From positions 4,588,001-4,652,000 of the forward strand of contig NC_090404.1 of NCBI RefSeq assembly GCF_036365525.1: a stretch of DNA of 64,000 nt. Direction: 5' to 3'. The stretch is from Heterodontus francisci. Its lineage: Eukaryota. The translations under genes were made by a program, and so were the position numbers. This document shows positions 38,454 to 48,189 of the stretch, piece by piece. The notes under the pieces were generated by a model. It was not told where the DNA came from. It saw only the letters and a list, made by a program, of their open reading frames with translations, and ran no database searches. The first letter of the stretch is position 1; each line of letters starts with the position of its first letter.

Positions 38454-38553
38454 AAATCCACTTTTCAGTGAACGAATGTATCATGACAAAAAACAGAAAT
38501 ATAAAATTAAAAACACAAATAAAATAGTTAATGAATAAATGTATTTTTCTTAC

Positions 38554-38601
38554 CTGCAGTCACCGTCACCATGGTCCCTTGTCCCCAGTAGTCAAGATAG
38601 T
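38554..38601 (-). CDS. IGHJ: IgH J segment, with 23-RSS at 38602-38640
   Basis: YLDYWGQGTMVTVTA|GTAAG; CACAGTG-23-ACAATAACC. Confidence 0.97.
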
Positions 38602-38994
38602 CACAGTGTTACATTCCCTGGGCTGGGTCACACAATAACCGGCTCTGCACAGAATAGTGAGAAATCCATTATTATTTTAAATATCCACACTCCAGAGGCA
38701 AAATCAAATCTTGATGGTTCTTTGTAAAATTATAACTGTGTTAATAATTCTTTTCACTCTTTATAAATTTCCCTGATGTTTTATATTTCACACAGTAACA
38801 TATCAGCAATTATTGAAATCACCAACTGATGAATGAATAATTAATCCGTTTATCCAAAATAAACCGTGCTAGGAGGACAGTGCTGGACACAAATAGTACT
38901 TCACTGTATATATAGTTGTATTGTTAAGGCGAGCTCTGACCCAGAATCATCAATTAGTGCTGAGGGAGTTTTTGTATTGACAGTAACTGCTGTG

Positions 38995-39007
38995 CCACCC
39001 AGTATAT
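38995..39007 (-). other. IgH D2 segment ATATACTGGGTGG with 12/12 RSSs (38967-38994 and 39008-39035)
   Basis: CACAGCA-12-ACAAAAACT on the J side and CACAGTG-12-TCAAATACT on the V side; open in all three frames. Confidence 0.95.
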
Positions 39008-39385
39008 CACAGTGAGACAAACCGTGTCAAATACTGCGGCGGACTGTTAACTGTGAAATACAGAGATTACATTTCACAGCGCTCTCAAAAACATGATTCC
39101 GATTCCCCTAAGAGTACATCAGTGAGATAATTCAGTTTATACCTGTCATTATATTTATAAAGGAGATTGGAATATTTCTGAATCATCTGTGCTGATTCAG
39201 CGTGACAGTCAACATGAATGAAGCTGGAGACTTTTATGCAATTTTACAAATCTTTATTGCATTTCCCCAATTTTTTATTTAATCCTCATTGTTTACGGAC
39301 CATCTGCCGTGTTAGTGATCGCTGGTTTGTGCAAACTCCCTGTATGGGGTTTTTGTATGAGGAATTCGCTCTGTACAGCACCGTG

Positions 39386-39400
39386 ACCCACTGCTGTACC
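39386..39400 (-). other. IgH D1 segment GGTACAGCAGTGGGT with 12/22 RSSs (39401-39428 and 39348-39385)
   Basis: CACAGTG-12-ACAAATACT on the V side and CACGGTG-22-ACAAAAACC on the J side; open in all three frames. Confidence 0.95.
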
Positions 39401-39811
39401 CACAGTGACACGAACCTGCACAAATACTGCACTCACTCTCTGTTCAGTACTGCCTCCCACTATTCACTTCAAATAGAAATTCACTTCTGATCTAATTCAG
39501 AATATATTCAAAAGTTTACACCATGCAGGAGTAATTGAACCAAGTAACTCCCTCCAGGTCTCAGTCACATTAAAACCAGCATCTTATCCAGATCTGCAAT
39601 TGCTGACACTGTAAACATTAAAAATCAGCACAGACAAAATTACTCATCAGTACTTCGGTTAGTGTCTGAGATTTGTACCATTGAATTTTCACTGTGCTAG
39701 CTCTGTCAGAGACGGTCTATGGCCTGGTTCTGAACAACGCCGTTAATATTGTATTTAATAAAATTACTGACCGTCAGTTTATGATCGAAGTTGTCGAATT
39801 CCCTCTCCATG

Positions 39812-39850
39812 TGTTATTGTACATGTCCAGCCCTGGTTCCTCTCGTTGTG
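39812..39850 (-). other. VH 23-RSS
   Basis: CACAACG-23-ACAATAACA. Confidence 0.9.
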
Positions 39851-40155
39851 ATCTCTTGCACAGTAATAAATGGCGGTGTCTTCAGTCTTCAGTTTCTTCA
39901 TGTCCAAAGCGAAGATGTTTTTTGAAGTGTCTTTGGACGCAGTAAATCGATCTTTAATCTCCGGGGCGTAGTTGTTGCTGGATGAACTGTAGTAGTAAAC
40001 TATCCACTCCAGCCCCTGCCCGGGAACCTGTCGGATCCAGTACATGCTGGAGCTGCCAAGAGTGAACCCGCTGGTTTTACAGGTCAGTCTCAGGGAGCCT
40101 CCGGGTTTCCCGGTCTCTGCCTCTGGCTGAGTCAACACGACATCCGAATGGACAC
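39851..40155 (-). CDS. IGHV: IgM VH exon, intact
   Basis: TACAG|(R)[101 protein letters not shown]. Confidence 0.98.
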
Positions 40156-40283
40156 CTGTAAAAAAATATCAAAAACCCCGAGGATTAATCCTGGTGAAAT
40201 GATTCCTGACTCTATAACTTTCCAGAGAGAGACTAACACTGAGACGGTAACAGTGAGAGACTCGGACAGTAAAAACTACTCAC

Positions 40284-40329
40284 GGGATAAGAAAACCAGT
40301 AACAGACTGAGAGAAATCGCCGACCTCAT
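40284..40329 (-). CDS. IGHV: VH leader exon
   Basis: MRSAISLSLLLVFLS plus 1 nt, then GTGAGT; 46 bp. Confidence 0.95.
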
Positions 40330-40420
40330 CTTTCTGGCAATTTGGGGGTAATGGTTCTGGTAAGAACTCACTGAGCAAACCGACTCCCGTACTGTTGTAT
40401 TGCGGTCCCAGTGACCGGCA

Positions 40421-40428
40421 TTTAAATA
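40421..40428 (-). promoter_or_regulatory. TATA-like box of the VH promoter
   Basis: TATTTAAA about 92 bp upstream of the ATG, preceded by GC-rich boxes. Confidence 0.6.
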
Positions 40429-42093
40429 CCCGGCAGAAGGGGGCGAGGTTACAGGCGCCGCCTATTGCTTCCCTGATAGAGGCGGTTACTGGATCCACGT
40501 CCCATCTTCCACATCATCAACAGAATAGACTCATATCATTACACTGAGTTATTATTAAATGTGAACTTTTTATCGGTATCCAGGGATAGTCAGTTGGCTG
40601 TGTGGTTTCAATGCAATGTGTTACTCGGTACTAAATGGAACTGTTGCAGTGAAGAATGTGTCAGTAATAAACAATTGCATTGTGCACTGTGAATTAAATC
40701 CCTTTATTTCCTCAACTCATCACAGGGGATGTGAATCACTAAGATTAAATTACGTTACCAAGGTCTAAAGTTACTGATAGTATGTATCAATTCATCTCCC
40801 TTTGATCCGTACCAGTGAAGTGTCCCCGATAATTTGAATTGTTATCAATTTATGCAATTAAATGCGGGACATAAGTAAAGTGATTTTATTTTCAATTTGA
40901 ATGGCTGTAGTTATACGATTTAGGATCAGAATGAATAGAAACGCCTCGTATTATACAAGTCTTTCTCTCTGTCTGCATTTCTCGAGCTGCTCCTGACGCC
41001 AGTCCTTTTAAAATTACCGAATGCAGAAGTCCGCTTGCCTTGATACGTAAAATTCATATCAGCTTTGGAAAAAGAGAATCTAGTGAATCAGAATCAATAC
41101 GGTAATCAGGAAATCTATCCCTGATACCCAGATCATTGCAGCTAACATTAATAACGACAGACTGTTTAACACGCACTGGTATCAGGAACACAGTATATCA
41201 GGACTTAAAGCTATGCTACAAAATATCACAAAAAGAAACGCTTTATTTGTTGTGGAAACGGATCACAAAGTGGGCATTTCTCTAACCACTGATATCTCCA
41301 CTGAGAGGGATGGATATGCAATCCAAATTATCAGATATTAAACTGTCCACAGCTGTTATCAGCAATGAAAGAGTCTTTATAGTTTGAATGTGATACACAG
41401 CTCTGTGAGAAAATTCAAGGAAATGCAGCGGCTTCAGAGCAATTCCACCTATTTCTTTATTTAATATACGATTCCCAATTTTCTATTTCCGATGTGGGTG
41501 TGGGGGGTCATTAAAATCTCTCTCCAGAACTTCATGCAGTAGAAATAAATGGTCTTAATGATTCAGAATAATATTTAATTGTCACGTGTCAATTTATTAT
41601 TTTTCGCTCCCAGTTGATAATGATATGAGCAGTGAGTTTACCGAAAATCATTCTTTAGACTTGATACCGTGAAATGATTTATTTTTTGTAAGAGCGCTGC
41701 TGAATAGTTAATATTTAAATGGTTAAATGCCACCTTTGTCCATTCATATTCACACTAATCTGCCCCACACAGTATTTGGCACCAACCCAGCCGACTGCCA
41801 TCAGGGAGACTCAAACAGCAATGTCATTTACAGGAAGCATCTGGGGTTCTGTGCAGTAAATCAAAGATCTGTTTCCTCGTTACTGACCGCTTGGCTGCAA
41901 ACCAACTTCAAACCCTTACCATTGTCAATGAGGCCTATTGGGAAACAAATCTGCCCAGCAACAATACTGGAGTTAATTTTATTTTTTTCAGTTGCTTACC
42001 TAGGTGAACTGTTCCCATCTCTCAGCAAAGGAAATATATCCACTGTCTCAGACACCCTTTTCGGACCAACAGTCTGAGGAACTGTGCAGCATA

Positions 42094-42477
42094 NNNNNNN
42101 NNNNNNNNNNNNNNNNNNNNNNNNNNNNNNNNNNNNNNNNNNNNNNNNNNNNNNNNNNNNNNNNNNNNNNNNNNNNNNNNNNNNNNNNNNNNNNNNNNNN
42201 NNNNNNNNNNNNNNNNNNNNNNNNNNNNNNNNNNNNNNNNNNNNNNNNNNNNNNNNNNNNNNNNNNNNNNNNNNNNNNNNNNNNNNNNNNNNNNNNNNNN
42301 NNNNNNNNNNNNNNNNNNNNNNNNNNNNNNNNNNNNNNNNNNNNNNNNNNNNNNNNNNNNNNNNNNNNNNNNNNNNNNNNNNNNNNNNNNNNNNNNNNNN
42401 NNNNNNNNNNNNNNNNNNNNNNNNNNNNNNNNNNNNNNNNNNNNNNNNNNNNNNNNNNNNNNNNNNNNNNNNNNNNN
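42094..42477. other. Assembly gap (384 N)
   Basis: Run of N. Confidence 1.
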
Positions 42478-42694
42478 GAAAATACATTCTGTAATTGATA
42501 AACATGCTTGTTTGCGTGGATGGAGGCATAGCTGCAACGATGCAGGGATGACTAGATAGTTGGATGGCTGAATAAAAGCAAAATACTGCTGATGCTGAAA
42601 TTCTGACATCAAAGTGGAAAGTGTTGGACATACTCAGCAGGTCTGGCAGCAACTGTGGAGAAAGAAACAGAGTTAACGTTTAACGTCTGTGCAG

Positions 42695-42990
42695 TAGGTG
42701 ACACAGTGGCACAGTGGTTAGCACTGCAGCCTCACAATTCCAGTGACCTGGATTCGGGTACTGCCTGTGTGGAGTTCTCCTTGTGACCGCGTGGGCTTCT
42801 GCCGGGTACTCTGCTTTCTTCCCACAGCCAAAGACTTGCAGGTCGATGGGTAAATTGGCTATTGTAAATTACTCCTAGTGTGGGTATGTGGTAGGGAATA
42901 TGGGATTAACGTAGGATTAGTATAAATGGGTGGTTGTTGGTTGGCACAGACTCGGTGAGCCGAAGGGCCGGTTTCAGTGCTGTTTGCTTC
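42695..42990 (+). mobile_element. V-SINE (HE1-like) inserted into a PLE terminal repeat
   Basis: GTGGCACAGTGGTTAGCACTGCAGCCTCAC...GAGCCGAAGGGCC; PLE repeat halves flank it at 42575-42680 and 42999-43030. Confidence 0.8.
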
Positions 42991-44669
42991 TCCATAAACT
43001 TTCATCAGAACTGGCAAAGGTTAGACATGTAATAGGCTGTGTGAAAGTGGTGGGGTTGGTGAGGAATAGAATAAAAGTGAAGGTTTGGCACTGAGCAGAA
43101 GAGATCTCCTGAATGTCTAAACGTTTTGTTTCACGTACTGATGAACAGATTGATGGATGCGTGGAATGAATAGATGGACAGATAGATAGATGGGCCTGAA
43201 AGATGCTGTTCTACAACCACATCTTTGTGATTGACTATTCCTAACAGGAAGCCGCCTCTTTATTTCATTTGCATTACTTTGACGCCTTCCAGTTCTTCCT
43301 GATTTTCTGGATCATTTCAATCCCTCGGATATCCAGAAGTAACGAGATCAAGTCACAAAAAGCATGGTGATATCCCTGCGGTATCTCTACTAATGGGGCA
43401 CATTTATCACAAAGATATAAAGGGAGAATATGACTGGGTTATGAAGGGACGATTGTAATATTTCTGAACATGTGGTCCTTTCATGTACATCAAAGCACTC
43501 AACTCGAATTACTTCAAACACATCAGCAATATAGAAAATCATTGGATACATTTTCCACTTCTCTCTGTAAATACTTATTCCTCTGTTATACTGGTCCATT
43601 CACGCCATTCTAAAGAACACAGATAAAAGGAGAATAAACTGTAACTTTCTTCACCGCCATATATTCAGTGTCAGTCATTGGCCACAGTGAAATATAACAT
43701 GTGGGTAGAGCACACTGTGGTCCCAAATTCAAATGTCCTTAACTCCTTCAGCCACATTTCCCAGAGCCTCTCCATTTAGTCCATTCATGCACTATTGTTC
43801 ACGAGTTCAGTACATCAGTGAGATTTACTGAGGCTGATGGTATAGGGTCACTGTGATAAGAACATAAGAAATAGAGGCAGGAGTAGGCCATTCAGCCCCT
43901 CAAGAATGCTCCGCCATTTAAGAAGATCATGGCTGAACTTGTTGTGGCCTTAACACCACTTTCTTGCTTGCCCCGAAACCCTCCCCCACCAATCCCCGAT
44001 AACCTTTGATTCCCTTGTCGATCAAAAATGGGTGACCATGATATCATTGTGGATTGTTGTGAAGACCCATCTGATGCACTATTGTCATTTAGGGAAGGAA
44101 ATGTGCTGTCCTTTTCTGGTCTGGACTACATGTGACTCCAGACCCACGCCGATGTGGTTGACTCTTAACTGTCCTCTGAAATGGACTAGACAGACACTCA
44201 GTTCAAGGGCAATTAGGGATGGGCAATAAATGCTGGCCTATCCAGCGACGCCCACATCGCAGGAACAAATTAAAAATTGGTTGAATATTACAATACAATT
44301 CCCAGAATGGCAGAGTTATCCTCGTGTTGGATTCAAGGTCACACCCACAGACAGTGACTGTACTAACTATAACAAAAACAAAAAGTGCTGGAAAAGCTCA
44401 GCAGGTCTGGCAGCATCTGTGGAGAGAGAAGCAAAGTTCATGGTTCAGGTCTGTGACCTTTCATCAAAACTGGCAAAGTTTAGAAAAGAATTTCCTCCTG
44501 CACTCTGTACTGACTACCTGCCGTTCTGAACCATACGGGGGAATGACCTGAGTGATCCGGATTCTGCCTGATTTAACACTGTATCTATAATGGAATTTAA
44601 CTGTGAATGCCTGGAGTTCCATTTACTTATTCCTCCTTGATCTATATTTTAATGAGCAATGACCCTTGA

Positions 44670-45160
44670 TCATCAGCCGTGGCTTGGTTGGTACCACTCT
44701 CCACTCTGTGTTTGCAGGTCCCAGTTTCATGTTCTACTCTAGGACCTGAGCACAAAAATTACACTGGAACTACAGTGGAATGCTGCACTGTCAGAGGTAT
44801 CGTCTTTCAGATGGGACAAGAACCCAAGGCGCTGTCTGCTCTCTCAGGTGTAAAGGATCCCATGGCACTATTTCGAACAAGTGCCGGCGAGTTCTACCAG
44901 GTGTTCTGATCAGTATTTATCCCTCAACCGACCTCACAAAAACAGACTATCTGGTCATCATCGTATTGCTGTTATTGGAGGGGACGAGTGGCCTGCTGCT
45001 GCTCCCAATTCGCATGTTCGTATGTTTGCTTTATGCAAATTGGATGCTGCATTTCCGACATTCCGAAAGTGACGGTAGTTCACAAGTAGTTCATTAGTTG
45101 CAGCGTTTTTGAGAGGTCCTCTGGTCGTGAAAGGCCCGAGAGAAATGCAACAATTTTTGG
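44670..45160 (+). mobile_element. Deu-domain SINE
   Basis: GCTGCACTGTCAGAGG..GTCTTTCAGATG..GATCCCATGGCACTATTTCG..ATTTATCCCTCAACC; second copy at 58165. Confidence 0.7.
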
Positions 45161-45983
45161 TCTTTTTTCCTAACGATAGTTGTAAAAAGGAGTGATGCAT
45201 TGAGCAAGTAAATCATACACTGCTCGAATGATAAAGCTGAGAAGGAGGCCATTCAGCCTTTCAGGACTGTACCAGCTCTTTGACAAACTATCCAATTATT
45301 CCACTCCCCCCTGTTATTTCGCCAAAATCGTGCATTCTTTTTCCATTTGAAATATCTATGAAATTCCCTTTCAAAAGTTATTGTTCAATCTACTTCCCCC
45401 CTTTCAGGAATTGCATTCCAGATCATAACAATTTCCTCTGTCATTTGTCTTCGCCCTCATATCGCCTAGAGTCATAGAATTAGAGAGTCATTTACGGCAC
45501 AGACGGAGGCCATTCGGCCCATTGAGTACATGCTGGCTCTCCACAGAGCTTTTCAGTCAGCCTCACTGCCTCACTCGATCCTCGTATCCCTGCAAGTCTA
45601 TTTCCTTCAAATGACCATCCAATTTCTTTTTGAAGTCATTTATTGTCTCTGCTTCCACCACCTTTGTGGACAGCAATTTCCAAGTCATTACCACCCGCTG
45701 TGTTGCAGCGTTCCTCTTCATATTCCCCTTGCATCTATTGCCCAAAGCCTTCATTCTGTGTCTCCTAGTCCTTGTACCATTAGTTAATGTGAACGACTTT
45801 TCCTCCACAAATATAAAATAAAACAAGAAATGCTGGAAATACTCAATAGCATTTATACACAGAACGGTATGTTAATGTCAGTTATTCTCTGTGATCCTGT
45901 CTTCTCAACACCTTCACCTTTGTTATCTCTTGCCCCACCCCCACTTTACTTGCTTAAAACCTTTTCCATTTCTAATATTTGTT

Positions 45984-46020
45984 AGTTCTGATGAAGGGTC
46001 ACTGACCTGAAACATTAACT
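45984..46020 (+). ncRNA. Second PLE hammerhead core, probably impaired
   Basis: AGTT-CTGATGA-AGGGTCACTGACCT-GAAA-CATT-AACT; the ACGT palindrome is mutated to ACAT. Confidence 0.45.
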
Positions 46021-46907
46021 CTGTTTATCTCTGCACAGATGCTGCCAGACCTGCTGAGTATATCCAGCATTTCATGTTTTTATTTCAGATTTCCAGCATC
46101 TGCAGTATTTTGCTTTTATTTTCCACTTCTAACTTGCCTAAGTCTGTCATAATCTTGTACATGTCTATTAATCTCCCCTCAATCTCTTTTTTTTTTGAAG
46201 AAGAATAAGCTCAGTTTTTCCAACTTGTCCTTGTCACTAAAATCCTCCATCCCCAGAACTATTCTAATAAATCTCTCTCAAGGACCCTCACATGCTTCCA
46301 AAAGTGTGGTGACCAGAAATGGACGCAATACTCCAGCATTGGCCTGACCAGAGCTTTATAAATGTTCAGCGTAACTTCCCTGCTTTTGTACTAAATACCT
46401 GTGTTTATGAAGCCCAAGATCCCATATGCTTGACTTACCACTCTCTCAAGATGTTGTGCCACCTTCAAAGATCAATGCACATGCATCCCAATGTCCCCCT
46501 GTTCCTGTACACTCTTTAGAACTATGCCATTAAGTAAATGTTGCCTCTCCCTTTTCCTTCTGCCAAAATGCATCACCCGCCACTTGTCTGTCCACTCTGC
46601 TGACCTATCTATGACCTGTTGCAGTCGTTATATATCATCCTCACTATTTGCCATACCTCCAAGATTGATGTCATATGCAAATTTGGAGATTCTACTCCAT
46701 ATTCCAAGATCCAAGTCGACGCAGCTTTTGGTTATTTTGCTATTTATCTTGAATTTTTGTCCTCTCGTTGTCAACCCTTCTACCACTGGAAATATTTACA
46801 ATTAACATATTCTATCAAACGCATCAAGGCTCCTCAGACAGCACCTTGCAAACCCACAACCTCTACCACCTCGAAGGACAAGAGTACCAGATGCATGGGA
46901 CCATCAC

Positions 46908-47200
46908 AGGGTGGCACAGTGGGGCAGTGGTAAGCACCGCAGCTTCACAGCTCCAGCTGTGCCTGTGTGGAGGTTGTAAGTTCTCCCAGTGATGTTTCCT
47001 CCCACATCCAAAAGACTTGCAGGTTAATAGGTAAACTGGCCATTATAAATTGTCCCTAGTATAGGTTGGTGTTAGGGGAATATCGAGATAGGTGAGGATG
47101 TGGTAGGAATATGGGATTAGTGTAGGATTGGTATAAATGGGTGGTTAATGGTCGGCTCAGACTCGGTGGGCCGAAAGGCCTGTTTCAGTGTTGTATATCA
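46908..47200 (+). mobile_element. V-SINE nested in a LINE 3' tail (46820-47455)
   Basis: tRNA-like head and GGGCCGAAAGGCCTGTTTCAG tail; flanks continue the 258-type LINE tail. Confidence 0.75.
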
Positions 47201-48189
47201 AAATCAAATCACCACCTGCAAGTTCCCATACAAATCACACAACATCCTGACTTGGATCTATATCGCTGTTCCTTCACTGTCGCTGGGTCAAAATCCTGGA
47301 ACTCCCTTCCTAACAGCACCTTGGGTGTAGCTACCTCACATGAACTGCAGTGGTTCAAGAAGGCAGCTCATCACCACCATTTCAATGGCAATTAGGGATG
47401 GGCAATAAATGCTGGCCTAGGCAGGGATGCCCACATCCCATGAATAAAAAAAAATCAAAACACCTCTATGAAATCTCCTTTTAACCTTTTCTTCTCTCAG
47501 CAGAACAAACTTTGCTGCTTCAGTCTCTCCATCTAACAGAAATCTTTATCCTTGGTACCATTTTAGAATATTTTTCTGGACCATCTCCAAGGCCTTGATC
47601 TCTATCTGAAAAAGTGGTACCCAGAAATGAACACAATACTCCAGCTGAAGCCTACTGGTGTTTTGTAAAAGTTTAGCATAATCATAATTTTTCTGCTGGA
47701 GTCGTCTATGACTTGATGCAATGAGAACTGAGGTAAGGGCTAATGTAATATAAACAGATGGATGGTGTGGTGTTGTAATAACTGAGAGAGGATCTAGTGC
47801 AATATAAATTGGCACATTATGCAATGCAAGAATAAAAGAGATATTGTCCAGCGTAATATAGATGGATATGTGACATTGAGTAATATAAACAGCGGAATCA
47901 TTTTGTGTAATAGGTTTAGAGCCATGCTTAAATATATTACATGTTCGGCAATTACGTTTTGAATAGAAGGAAATAAAATGCTAAAATATAATTTGTGATG
48001 GTAATTATCCATCTTTGTTGAATCCATTGAGAAGTATTAATAATGATGTGCTTTCTGCACAAACGCACACATTTTACATTTACACATATGCAATTACACA
48101 TACATGTACACTTACATGTGTGTTTGTGTGTGGTCGATTAGTTTTCGGTTGTCCCCATCTAGCAGCTGAGAGCTATGGAATTAGGTTAA

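Noticed and set aside
31195-38553. Class-switch (S) region in the J-C intron
   Set aside because: No tandem AGCT/G-rich array seen, only short C-rich patches; sharks lack canonical S regions.
41996-42652. Long ORFs spanning 42.0-42.6 kb
   Set aside because: Artefacts of the N gap.
43200-43860. Possible exon remnants and isolated heptamers (43683, 43849)
   Set aside because: No nonamers at 12/23 spacing and no recognisable protein family.
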